Part shown: in pieces, positions 30,466 through 43,029 of the stretch
Numbering within the stretch: position 1 is the stretch's first letter
Layout: each line of letters begins with the position of its first letter
Origin: Oikopleura dioica
Taxonomy: Eukaryota; Animalia; Chordata
Direction of reading: 5' to 3'
Assembly (NCBI GenBank): GCA_907165135.1
Contig: OU015567.1
Location: 7,378,001 to 7,442,000, forward strand
Length of the DNA stretch: 64,000 bases
The notes under the pieces: generated by a model
What the model saw: the letters and a program-made list of their open reading frames with translations, nothing else
Told to the model about the DNA's origin: nothing
The model's database searches: none
Position numbers and translations under genes: made by a program

Positions 30466-32117
30466 AACTTATCAATTTGGATCATAGTCATTTTTAATGT
30501 CAATTATTAATTGGTTAGCAATTGAAACCCATTCACAGATCGCGTAGAAGGCTCCGTGATTAGCTGGGACCACCGTCGATATTAGGAACTGGCGCTGCCC
30601 AGCCCTGAGGCATGTGCATCTTCATTACCGCCGCAGCAGTGCTACTATCGCTAAATGTATTTGCCGAGTGAATCACGGCCAGTCTCCCTCTCCCCATTTT
30701 TTTCGTTATATCACCCCTGTGCAGGCCACAATCACTCTTTTCAAAAATGCCTTTTTCATTCACAAAAAATATTTGAAACTAAAACAAAATAAAAGAACGA
30801 TTGAAAAATGCATACTGAAGATTACGAATAGAGAAATTTTATGTTCCGAGATGACCCTTGTTTAGTTTTTAAAACTTTAAATGAAGAGAAAATTGACGAA
30901 GATTGGGTTGAAAATTTATGGGGATAAGGTTGAAGATTTGTCATTTTGTAAAAATATTTTGAGTTATAAACCTTTGAAGAAAACACAATTGTAAAAAAAA
31001 CTTTAAAGATGGGCCATTTTGTGTTTATGACCAACAATCGAAAACTCGGCAGAAAGAGCCTGAGCCTCGATGGTCTGTGCCTCTTTGTGTGGGTCTCTCT
31101 CGCTCTCTCTCTCGTTCAGAGCGCGCAGAGATAAAGAAAACAACTCCGCAAAGAATACGTTTTGAATATGAATAGTGGCGATAGTTTTTATTCCTCTGAA
31201 TGAGGCCTAATTGATACGTTAATGATGAAATTTTATGCTCCGCGTTTCTTCTATTGACCCTAAAAACGGCAAGTTTCTTATTTTTTCCTCGCGAGAAAAT
31301 TACTGTTGAAAAATGGGCATTGATCTTGCTCCTTGACCTTTTTTCACAAGGTTTACTACCCTCGCTCCCCGGAGGCATGTGTACCCTAATCTTACGTGGA
31401 TACTTTTCCATAGATTTTCTTGAAAGAGAAGCTTGCAATTCTTTTTTTGACTCCCATGTATAGGTCAGCGAAAAATTTTGTTTGACTTGGGCACACACGC
31501 GTTCCGCTAAATTTGCAGATGTCAAGAGAGTGATTTTGCATGAGCTTTTTACGGTATAAAATTTTTTCTTCCTATCGACATGTTGTTTATGAAATACGCT
31601 CCTGGTTAGGAATATTTAGTAAAACCAGCGTTAGATGATAATATGACTCTAGCAATCAGTCAATCACTTTTGACTAAAGTTCATCTCCCATGCCGTTATC
31701 ACCCGATTAGTGCGCTGCGTGGCTCCCCTTACGCACAGCCCTATTTTTTTATATTTTTGACAAGGCAGCCGTTTATTACATTTTTGAACATGATATCATG
31801 TAGAATGTCAAGAGTGTCACAGCGTAAATATCGCTTTTACGAGCCGCTTTCTTTGACAACAAGGAAGACTCATCCTGAGGGTTTCTTAGAATTGGAATCG
31901 GGATTATCCAGCTTCGGGCGCAGCCTCAGGCGCTTTCTTTTTTCACACCGCCGCGGGGCGGAATTAAATCTCGCCTAGTTGCCAAAAGCGCCCTTCTGAA
32001 AAACTTTTTCTTATATGATTTTTTTTATTCTGAGAGAGAAAAATAGAGGCTAATTGGATTCTGCGTTCAGAGTGAAATGAAATAAAGGAATATGCGTTTG
32101 TCGAGAAAACAACCACG

Positions 32118-34947
32118 ATGAGTTTGACGATCGACCACTCAAGGCAAGAAAACGGTCGCGAAAAGCGTCAAGAGCAGCTTGCGAGATGGGACGAGAGCCA
32201 AACTGCTACTAGTAAGAATGATTTTTATAGAATTTTTATGAATAATTCTCAGTATCTGATGACCGAGCTGCTTATCGCGGAGGCCCGAGCAAGATCAAGT
32301 TCGGGTCAGGCGCAATTTTCCTCTCAGCCTGTCAGGCCGGCGACTACGAAGAAATCGAGGCCGTTCTGAGAGACAATGATGACATCACTATCAACTACGC
32401 TAATTCGGACGGTTTGACCGCGCTCCATTCTGCCACCATTGATGGAAATGTCAAAATGGTCAAGTACCTCATCTCAAAAGGCGCTGATATTAACGTGCAA
32501 GGTACCATTAATTTCATTCTGGTTTTTGGAAACAAGGAAGACGGAGAATCAGAAGTTGATCGTTCTTTTAGATCATGAAGGCTGGTCCTGTCTGCACGCG
32601 GCCGCGTCTTGCGGTTACGTAGAAATTGCCAAAATCCTGGTCGAAAACAAGATCGACCTTCTTCCGGTGACATCCGAAGGCGAGCTAGCGCAGGACGTTG
32701 CCGCCGAGGACAATCCGAAAATGAAAAAGTACCTCGACGAGCTGTATGCCTCAATCGACACCGAAGCCGAGCACAACAAGGAAGAGCAGCTTATGTTCCA
32801 CGATGCCTCGCAATTCTACCACTATTATAAAAAATTCAATAAGGTCTACGAGCCAGAGCCAATCGATCCCAGTACGAAGGCAGGACCTCTTCATGTCGCT
32901 GCTGCAAAAGGTACTAAAGATCCTTTCTGAACAACTGTAATCTGGCTTTCAGGCTATCTTACTGTAATAAAGCTACTCCTCGAAGCTGGTTTCTCCCCTC
33001 ACAAGCAAGACGCCGATGGATGGACCCCGCTCCACGCAGCGTGTCATTGGGAGCAACAAGAGGTAGCTACAGTCGTGATGTTTCAAGGAGTAAGACCTTT
33101 TTTAGGCGGCAGAATACCTGGCCGCGTATGGCGCTAATTTCAACATTCGAAACTCGCTCGGCCAGCGTCCTATCGACGTCCTGACTGCGCAGAAACTCAT
33201 TCCCAAGATTCGCGATTTGGGCAAAAACAGACCAAAGCGCGAATCACTCCCTGAACTTCCTGAGCTACCTCCTTTCAGTTTGCCTGAACCTCAACCGGAG
33301 GTAACTTTCCTCGATCAATGTCGATTTTAATTTATTCTAGCCTACCCCCGCGACTCCCGAGCCAGAACCAACGACCTCAAAGACCCTCCCAAGCCGCACT
33401 ATTGAGCAGCCGAAAAGGGAACCGGAGCAGAACTCCGCTAGCGATAGCCCGAAAAAGCCAAAAGTGGGCTTTGCCAATTTGGATAAAGAGCAGCGAGCTG
33501 ATAGCCCGTGGGATGTGAAGCTCAAACAGAACTCAAATGCGACCGCCTCGCCTTCGGTGAAAAAACGCGAAAAATATGGCGTCCAGGATGACAGTATCAG
33601 TGTCAAAGATAGCTTCAGACAATTTGAGACCTCTGGGTAAGCCATTCTAGTAGAAGACTCCGCTAACCTTTTTGTAGCAAAGAAATTCGTCGTACGAAAC
33701 GAGTCTCATCGACTGTTGAAAATCCCGATTCCGATCAGCGTCACACAGGCCAAACGCCCATTCCAGGTCTTCTCAATGAAGTTGAACGAAGCCACAAGGC
33801 CAAGAACAAGCGTAAAACACGCCAGGCTACAACCGGTGTTACTCTAGACGTGTACAAGCAAGCAAAGGAACTGGCGGAGAAGTCAATGAAGAAGAATCAA
33901 ACAGAGACTAAATCTTCGACGAGTTTTGACAGAAATACTGATCGTATGTTTTCATTATCAAGAACTGCCCCTTTTAACAAAAATTCTAGCTGTTTCTTTT
34001 CCGAGCGGATACATTCCAAGTGATCAGCGCACGGAGCAGCCGTCCATCAATGCCTTGCTGAATCCAAACATTGCGAAGCAAGAGATGCTCAGAAAAATGC
34101 TCGCCAAAAAGACAGATTCGAAGAAATCTCCGTCAGAGACAAAGAAATCCATAGTCCCTTCAGTCGATTCCAGTGAAAGTTCAAATACAACTTCTTTGCC
34201 TGCTGGAAGATCTTCAAGGTAAACAATCTTAGATATTTTCGTCTGATCTTAAAAATAATTCTAGTGATTCAACTCATTCCGCAGCGACTCGCAAGACCTC
34301 ATCGGAAACAACAAAGAACAACCTCGAAGCACCAGCTCCATCAGCCAGGACGAGAACGACATCCGAAACCCGCCGCAACTCGGACATGGAGTTCCCCCAG
34401 CATCTGAGTCGCATCCGCAGCCCTGTGCCGGACAAAAACGTGAGTACGGTAGAGATACTGGACAAGCCACGGAGGTGCAGCAAAATGGCCTCGCAGTTGA
34501 TAGAAAGGATACGCATGGAAAGTGCGAGTCTGAATACGAGTCTTCCCGGACAGGCAAGATCGATGTAAAAGTCGAAAAACCGCGCATGTTCGTATCGTAT
34601 TTTTTGTCCCTGTGTTTGAAAGTTTTGCTGGAATGGAGGATAACTTTGAACTCAGGAGGATGCCGAGGTTGATTACAAGTCAAAGTACGAGGATTTGAAA
34701 CGCAAGCTCGAAGAGCAAGCCCGACGAATCCAAACCCTAGAAGCAGAAAAAGCGGATCTGGCGAAAGACAAAGCCACTTTATCTGAAAAACTCAGCAATA
34801 TGCAGCTCAACGGTAAGCAAATATAGATTCGGCAACCTTTTATCGGTTTTAGGTTCGTACGACTCAGAAACCGAGCGGCTGGAGAATCTAAAGCTAAAGC
34901 AAGAAAACGCAGCATTGATAAGAATTATCGCCAAGGTGTCGAAGTAG
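32118..34947 (+). CDS. PPP1R12A: Myosin phosphatase targeting subunit (MYPT1-like)
   Basis: REKRQEQLARW, RVxF-type KIKF, ankyrin repeats (GLTALH, GWSCLHAAASCG, GWTPLHAA), RQATTGVTL inhibitory-site region, C-terminal KQENAALIRIIAKVSK*. Confidence 0.92.
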
Positions 34948-35410
34948 ACGCCAAAAATAGACCTTCACTTACTTTTTTTTCTTCTGTTCATGGTTTCAAT
35001 GCATCAAAAAGACTCTATCAAACTTTAATTTATGACAAGAAAAATTCAAAATTCTCTGTACAATACACCAATGAATAACGCCCCAGAAACATGTTGATCA
35101 GTATATTTAAAAGAGACGATATTAAAACAAAAGTTCACGCAAAAAGTAAAACTCGAGATTGTAATTAAAAATTATGACAAGCACGTATTTTTTCTGTAAT
35201 TTTCATTCTCCTTGTTGATTTCCAAGAAAACCGCACACGAAAATCACCATGAAATAAGGCACACTCACACGCTTTTTAGTATGTATAAAAATTCTCAACT
35301 CTTTTTCTGCATTTTACATATTTTTTATCTGCAAAACCACTTTATTAACACGAACCATCCAACTTTGGTCTAACAGAAAAGCATAAATCTCACGATTAAA
35401 AATTAATAGA

Positions 35411-35702
35411 ATGAACAAATTTGCAAAACTACTGCTTGTGATAGCAACTACTGTCGGCCTTCAACTCTCGCTTCTTGGTGCGCTTTCTACTCTTTCTTGG
35501 GGAGCTTCGAACTTTCTAGCGTTTTGGGTTTTTCTTGCTGTTCTTGCCCAAGTCATCAAGGTAATGAAGGAGCCAAGAAATGAGAACTCAACGATTTCTA
35601 CTGTAGCAAACCATCGGGTTCGAAAAATGCATAGAAGCAGTCAAATCCGTCTACCGAGAAGATAAAGCTGTTGAGAATTCAAAAACAAAGAAAGAAAACT
35701 GA
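35411..35702 (+). CDS. Small (~82 aa) membrane protein, unknown
   Basis: Two exons (intron ~35561-35606, GT-AG); two hydrophobic stretches then a charged tail. Confidence 0.55.
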
Positions 35703-36645
35703 AATGTATCAAAGTCAATCTTGCCATTTACCTTACCTATCGTATCTTCAATCTATTCCAAGTTGTAACACTGATTTCTATCAATAAACATATTTTTATA
35801 AAACCCAAAAAAGAGGGTTCAAAATGTGAATCTTTCTTTGAAACCGATTTCTTGTTGGCATGGCAGGTTTATGTCTATTTAAAAGTCTCGTAAAAGAGTC
35901 CTTGAAAAGGGTGGAGGAGCGTAAAATCTCGAGATCAAATTTTGATAGCCTCAATCTTGGATCGTTTTGATTGACTGCAGCGTGACATCTTTTCCCGCCG
36001 AGTGCTTTTCAGAGTGGCCCGAAGTAGGCCATAAGGTGAGTACCGTGGCGGGGGCATGAAACCGTAATTTTCGAGTCCACTGGGTTCTGACGCGTCTTTC
36101 ATCAATGTCATCTCATTTCTGGGAAGGGGATGGTTCGGATTCGTTTGAGGTGCTTCCGGTTTTGAATGGAAGATTCGTGCAAATGATGGGAACCGGGGAA
36201 GATCTGTCGTTGGTTCCCTTTTTATATGGATTTTTAAATTGAAATTGACCATAAAAGAGGGAAAAAAGATGAAGGGACCGCCCTTAATAATGACCGTAAC
36301 GTTAAATTGAGAAAATATTGAGATCCAGTCATGAGAAAAAGAACTGATAATTATCATTGATTAGGGAAATTAGGCCCTTTTAATCGATTTAGAAAGGCCT
36401 GCTAACGGTTGAAACTTGGTATTCTTATCTAGAAGAAATTATCTAATTATAATCCTCTTTTTATCGGATTCGGTTAGGTCCTCATCCGTCAACGTCTTTC
36501 GCCTGGTGGCGCGCCAGGCTCCTCCCCACTTCGCGCGGATATAAATAGCGAGTGGTGCGCGCTCTTTTTTCAAAAACAGTACAACAGATAAACGAATAAC
36601 AACGATAGAAAAGAGAACCGAGAGTAAAAACGACAAGATCACAAG

Positions 36646-37986
36646 ATGGTTTGGGGGACGGTTGAAAGCGTCATCACCAAAGCTCTCCACTACAGTACTC
36701 CTCTGAGTTACGCCTGGTTGTTTCTTCTCTTCACTTTCAGGTCCTTCATCGTTGCCGTCGTTGGTGGATCTGTCTACGGAGATGAAAGCGTAAGTTTAAC
36801 TAAGAAAATGAATAACAATAAGACTGAGTTTTTCAGGGCAATTTCAAATGCGATACAAATCAGCCCGGTTGTCAAAACGTTTGCTTCAACCGATTTTCCC
36901 CAATCTCGCACATGCGCTTCTGGGCCTTTCAGTTGCTCTTCGTTTGCCTGCCGACAATCATCTTCATGGGTTTCGCTCAATTCGAGCTGGCAAAAGTCAA
37001 CATGATCAAAAAACAAAAAGAAGAAGAACAAGTGAAGCAAACATCTAACGTAAGTCTTCCTTGATTTCAGCGATGAGATCTAACTTCCCATTTTCAGAGC
37101 GAATATTACAACAGCGCATCATACTGGTCAAACAAAAAGAAGCTGGATAAAAAGAGCGCGCGATATGGCGTCGATAAGCTGAAGAAAAAAACCACGGTCG
37201 CGAAAGAAGGAGTCGTTGATGTCGCTTGGACGCCACGAATCCGCACGATCTTCATTGTGCACTTGATCGCGCGGTTCGGCATGGAATGTCTCTTCATCTA
37301 CCTTTCCTATCTTCTCCAGCAGCAGCAGAGCAAGAAAACAGGCCTCTCCGCCATGTGGGTTCCCGAAAAGTACGAATGTACTCATGGAGAATTCGAGACA
37401 AACTCTGCTTGCTCTCAGAATACACTCATCCCCTGCTGGGTCAGCCGCCCCTGGGAGAAGACAATTTTCATGCTTTACATGACCATCGTAAGTTTCAATG
37501 TTTTCAAAAACACTGCTCTCAAGAACCGCAAGAGAGCTACAAAACTTGATAATAGCCAAGAACGCTGTTCAGACTGGTCTTTGCAACGATCATCGACCGA
37601 ACAATAAATTTTCAGTCTTTTCAAAAATTTAAATTATTTATTCGCGGTTCGAAAATGCTTATTGTGGTGTTTAGATTTCCGTCATTTCCGCCATCATCTG
37701 TGTCGTGGAATTCATCTACGTCCTGACTAGAACTACGCGAAAATCCCTTCAACGCCGAGCTCACCGAAACGTCGAAAAGAAACAGCTTATGCAAGGCAAT
37801 GGCAAAACTGGAAATGGCTCGATTGTCTCTGAATCGACTAACGGACCAGCTGGCTACCCGAAATTGCCAAAAGATGAGAAGGAGCTCGAAGCGATGGAAG
37901 GCGCGATTTCAGAAGAATGCGAGCTGGAAGCTGAGGATCCTCCAAGCTACAAGACTGACGAAGAACGAGAGGCGCTCACTGCCTAA
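36646..37986 (+). CDS. Connexin (gap junction protein)
   Basis: FKCDTNQPGCQNVCFNRFSPISHMRFWAFQ and CWVSRPWEKTIF; 3 coding introns. Confidence 0.95.
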
Positions 37987-38175
37987 ATAATCTGTATAAA
38001 TATCGACACACTCTTCGAATCATCCCTTTCCCAATCGTTCCAAACTGTACAAAGCCAAAATTACCCCCTCAACGATCACCATCCTTTCAAAATAAACGAC
38101 TACGAGAAATAACTCGATCATTATCAAATGAATAATATGTTATTAATTGCAGACGAATTCAAGGCAAAAATGTTT

Positions 38176-39535
38176 TCAAAGGAACATTCGGATGATTTTT
38201 TTCTCGTGGATCTCAAATCCGCAGTGGCAGTAGAATTTTCTCCTCCTCGCTTAAAAATTTTTAACCATGATGCAAGTCTCATTTCTTACCTTCTCGTTGA
38301 CGAGCGAATTCCATCTTCATGCAAGTCCAGCAACATCCGTGACCGCAGCTGTGCGAGTATCGCGCTCGTTTTCCGTCGTCGTAGTATCTGAAGTGTTTTT
38401 CGATGAATACAGTATTCAGAATACTGATAAAGAACTTACTCGAAGCAGATTTGACACGTCAAGAATCTATCCAGTTGTTCTTTCAGTGAGCAGTTCTCTT
38501 CTTTTTTGGGGTCATCGACCGGAGATGATGAAGGTGAAGATGAGCTCTCTCCCAGCTCACTTTCTTCGGATTCTTTCTCTGACAAACTTATTTCCTTTAA
38601 ATCTTCAACTAACGAAACGATTTCACTGGTGTTCGTTTCCCCATTCGATTTGTCTTGATTTCCTACTGTATTCCAGTCTGCTTCGTGGCCATCATCAAGT
38701 TCGAGCTAAATTATTATAAAAATTTGTAAAAATGATGTATTTACTTCTCCGGATACCATGTCGCTTTCGCCTCTGTTCCTTGAAGGGTCGTTCTGAACAT
38801 CGCCTTGCTTGGTTTTCGAAGTTGTTTTGTTCGAAAGTTTGCTGTTTTGTTTCTTCTCTTTCTTTGCTTTCTTTGGCTTATTGCTGCGAGTTTGTTTCTT
38901 CTCTCGCGCTTTTCTGTCTTCTTCGTCGACCCAGTCAGGCATTTCAAATCGGTCAGGGAGCTGCTCCATCCTGTCAAAGACAAACGGAGGGTCGAACCTA
39001 AACTTGCCATCCTTGTAAACCAATCGTCGCTTCCTATCTTTTCTAGGTTTTTCTTGCTCCCAAACCCAGCCACATTTCTTAGAATATCCAGAAGTATCCT
39101 CCTCTCCTGTATTTTTCTCAGTGATGGCGACTGTAAAAAGAAGCCAGTGTGCGACTTGCCGTTTGCTCCTTTTCGAAATGTCAATCGAAACTTCTATAAA
39201 AAAAATGCAGTTATACGGACTGCCCGACGAAATTTCTCTGCTGCTAGTTATTTACCTTCCTCGTCGTCAGCATGAGGAATCAAAAGCCTCTGGCGCTTGC
39301 CATCAGGACTAATGAGAAAAAACAATTTCGCATTTTGGCATCTATTTTCCAGAAACTGGTCGATTATCCCAGTTTGACAGTGTTTCTCTACGTGTGAGCA
39401 GCGTTCTGGTATCTTCAAGGAAATTGGATCGAACTGCTGAACAACGACCAGCTTCATTATAAACCGACTGGTGCTCAAGGTTATGTTGCTCTCTTGGAGA
39501 CATTCGTTCATCTTTTCTTCTCCGTAAAAAGTCAT
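38176..39535 (-). CDS. Uncharacterised protein with C-terminal RING finger
   Basis: Joined exons end in CQICFE..SCGHGCCWTC..FYCHCGFEIHEKKIIRMFL*; acidic/Ser-rich linker; start uncertain. Confidence 0.65.
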
Positions 39536-39707
39536 TTTCTCGAGAAAAAGGGAAATTAATAATGACTGTTTGAGTACCAACTTGGAACTGATGGTAGCGA
39601 TTACACTTGTAGGCGGCTTCTTTTAGGTGTCGTGTCCTAATTCAAGGTAACATTCGCGTGGTAATAGACAAAACTTGTCTTTATTACCATAATAAACCGA
39701 GTCTAAA

Positions 39708-40079
39708 ATGTGCAAAAGGGCTCATATTATTTTGAGTCAAAATGCTTCTAGATACCTCGGTAACTCGGCGTCTATGCAGCTCTTGAGAGCTTTTTTCTCT
39801 GAGGTCCAAAAAATGAACACAGAAAAAGCGACTTCCCGAAAACGCAAGAGCGAATCTTCCTCAGACTCCGGTCTTTTGAATTCGAAACGATGGTCGATCG
39901 AAAACGAAGACAAGGAGTCCGAGGAGAAGAGGGAAATTGAGTACATGGCCGATGACGAGTTCGAAAGCGAAGATGAGCTTCAATACGATTTCAGAAAGCT
40001 CCGCGAAGGGATGAAGAAGAAACAAGCACTCAAGGAATTCAAGGATTTGGTCAAACAAATCAAAACGACAAAAATCTGA
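39708..40079 (+). CDS. Hypothetical small charged protein
   Basis: Single 123-aa ORF with NLS-like RKRK and an acidic patch; no homology recognised. Confidence 0.35.
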   Translation: MCKRAHIILSQNASRYLGNSASMQLLRAFFSEVQKMNTEKATSRKRKSESSSDSGLLNSKRWSIENEDKESEEKREIEYMADDEFESEDELQYDFRKLREGMKKKQALKEFKDLVKQIKTTKI

Positions 40080-40794
40080 AATGAAGAAAAACACCCTCAA
40101 AAACAAGCCTTTTTCAAGGCTACTAATCAACTAAACTGTACTTTTCTCCATCGTTGATAGTGTCATTCACTGAATGAACGAATTGATACTGTAAGACTTA
40201 TTTTCATAATCGTTACTGTATCATTTCTACAATCGATTTTCTGAGCATTTTCAGTCGAAAACTGAAGATTTTGAGCAGTAAAATTGCTGTTATCGACGAA
40301 TATACGAGATAATACTGTAATTACTAATAAGCCTCGTTGGGATGGTATTATTGAGATTGCTACTGTAAGTTTTTCTTCTTTCAAATTGACTTTCCTTCGA
40401 TTTGACCTTGAGAAAACAGGTCAGAAACGACCTGACTTTCAATCTAGAAAAAACAACTTTTCCAGAGCCAAAGTTAGGTCTGGCAAATGAGTAATTGTGT
40501 TGTTTTGAGTTGTGCATCTTTCCGTAGGTTTCTGGGGTGTCCCCTTCTGCTGCTTTGATTAGTTCTTTGCGAGCTCGTCGATTCTGGTTGGAGCCAGTTG
40601 CCAGAGCAGAAATCGACACCGTCCATACACGTGCGTTCTCAAACGCGCCCGCGCTCGCTTTCAAACTCGAAAAAGCACACAACTCAACTCCCAACTCGCA
40701 AGAGAGACAGAAACACCTCCCCTGCTTCACTCTACCTTCAGTTCAAAAACACCCTTTTCTTTATTTTCGAAGAAAAAAAAGAAGGAACAAAAAG

Positions 40795-41786
40795 ATGACC
40801 CGAAACGGAGGCGCGCGAAAAGCGAAAGAGGTTATTAAAATTATCACTTTTTTATTGATAAAAAATTATAACTAAAATAACGAAAATTTTTTAAAACAAA
40901 ATTAATTAAAAAGTATAAAGAACCAGAAATAAGAGAAAAAAAACCTGAAATTTGAAAACCGGTTTTAACTAGTTTTTTCGATGAGAGCACGTGTTTTCGA
41001 GTCGAAATGGACAAAAGAAGAATTTCTCATTTTTCGACTCGAAAAGCTGAGTTGGATTCCGTTTTCCGCTTCTCAAATCGATTAGTTTTTTATCTATACC
41101 ATTTGGTATCTTCTTTAGTAAATTATTGATCCGTGAATTTATTTCCACTTTTTTAGACGAATTTCAATTGAACTTTTGCTTTTCAGGCTGCACCTGCCAA
41201 GCCTGCTGGAAAGCCAAAGCGACCACTTTCTGCTTTCTTCCTCTTCGCTGCCGACCACCGACCTCAGGTCCGAAAAGACCTCGAAAAGAACGCCAAGGAG
41301 GGCGTCAAGGTCCGAGTTGGCGACATCTCCAAGAAGATCGGAGTCATGTGGAAGGCCGTCGACGAAGAAACCAAGGCCAAGTACCAGGTGAGCCGCTAAT
41401 TCCGTCCTTATCCCCTACTTATGCCAAGTCTGTGACTTTTTTGAAAAGTTCTTTTTTAGAAAAAAGCCGACGAGGAGAAATCCAAGTACCAGGACGCCCT
41501 TGCCAAGTTCAACGTAAGTAAAAACACTCTGACGTACTAGATAGTTCTCAAAAGCCGGCTTTTCGGGTGATAACTTGATAAGCCGACGATTTCATAAAGA
41601 TAATTGGACATCTTGCCACTTATATTCGAAATAAAAACGATACGCCAGCAGTAAACGTTCAATTATCTTTATGAAATCGCCAGCTTATTATTCTGAAAAG
41701 CTCCCTTTCCAACATTTCCCAACATGAATATAATTTTCCATTTTCAGGCGAAACAGGACGAACCTGCTGCCGCCGCCGAGGAGTAA
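40795..41786 (+). CDS. Single HMG-box chromatin protein (HMG-D/NHP6-like)
   Basis: KPKRPLSAFFLF...ISKKIGVMWKAVDEETKAKYQKKADEEKSKY; 4 exons; first exon inferred. Confidence 0.9.
41578..41688. mobile_element. ~110-bp hairpin MITE in HMG-box intron
   Basis: 28-bp inverted repeat TAAGC(CGA/TGG)CGATTTCATAAAGATAATTG at 41579-41606 and 41660-41687, TA at both outer ends. Confidence 0.7.
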
Positions 41787-42485
41787 ACTTCTCGTCAACT
41801 TTTGCTCTTCTGTGCGCTCCCTGACCAACGAATTCGCGCTGCCCTCAAAAACATCGCGCAGAAAAAAACGCGCACGGTCTACTTCTCCTGCTGGTTCTGA
41901 TCATCGCTAGACCAGTCTTTTCTTATTCTACTGCCATTTTCAAAAGTGTGCCACAAAAAACGATCCCTTCATTTTTACAAATGATCATTTTCAATCCCAA
42001 CTATTCTGATTCGTCTTTCATGTTCACCAGCTTCATTCATTTGACGATGGCGATTTTGAAAGATGGATTAAGAACTTCGTACAATCTCGTCCTTCCCGGC
42101 CACTTTCACTGTTTTAGTACGATTCCCTCAAATTATTACTAGTATTTTATGACTGCACTCTGACAGTTCCGATTTTCTAAATTGTTCCAAATACAAATTA
42201 ACGCCTCAGGGACCTTTTTTCTCGTCGATTTTTGACATCAACAAGGACTAACCAGTGTCAAGGACCTCTAAAAGTTCATCAGCAGGCTGGAATAGCGCTA
42301 GAATGAATCAGAGGAAGCAGTAGACGTATATTTGAGAAAGGAATCATTTGAGTGGACTCAGATCATTTCTGCATGAAAAGCGGCAAATATTTGCAAAAGT
42401 TGCGTGGATGTGTGTTCTACAGAATCTACACCCAGTCTCGCGACTTGCTAACGACAGAGATAACTAACAAGAGAAACGGAAAAGA

Positions 42486-43029
42486 ATGGGCACGGTATGT
42501 TTTCAAAGGATATTTCGAAGCTCCTGTTCTGAAAAACGGTTGTATTCAGGAAAACGACATTCCAATCGCTGGAGCTGCTCCTCCACCAACTTACTCTGCT
42601 GCTACAGGTGCTCCAGCACCAGCTCAGCAGCCACAGATAATTTATGTCCAGCAGGGAGCACCACCACCTCCGCAGCAGGAAAGATTTCAACGAAAAAATA
42701 ACGACTTTTCGCAAAGTTTTGTTGAAACCAAAATAAGGTTCTCGTTGTCGACCCTTACGGAAATCCAGCTGGAGTACAGACGCGCCACTGTAATTCATGC
42801 CAGTCTTCGGTAACGAATCATAATTGATACTATATCCAAATGTATATTAATTTATTATTTTGATTTTTCCTAAAATTCTCTTCAGCAACAAGTAATTTAC
42901 CGCCCCGGTTACACTCCAGGAACGATCCTTTGTTGCATATTTTTCCCGATCTGCGGCTGGATCATGTGCTGCCAAAGTATGGCTGCAGAAGGTCATTACT
43001 GTGTCCGATGCGGAGCGAAAGTCTTCTAA
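42486..43029 (+). CDS. LITAF/BRI3-type Cys-rich membrane-associated protein
   Basis: Pro-rich PPTY N-terminus, CNSC...ILCCIFFPICGWIMCC...HYCVRCG; needs a GA-AG intron at 42679-42737. Confidence 0.8.

Noticed and set aside
30540-31980. Short ORFs between TSEN34 and MYPT
   Set aside because: Could not be joined into a consistent gene; may be UTR or regulatory sequence.
35935-36690. Minus-strand ORFs head-to-head with the connexin
   Set aside because: The Pro-rich stretch looks protein-like, but no start codon or consistent splice path was found.
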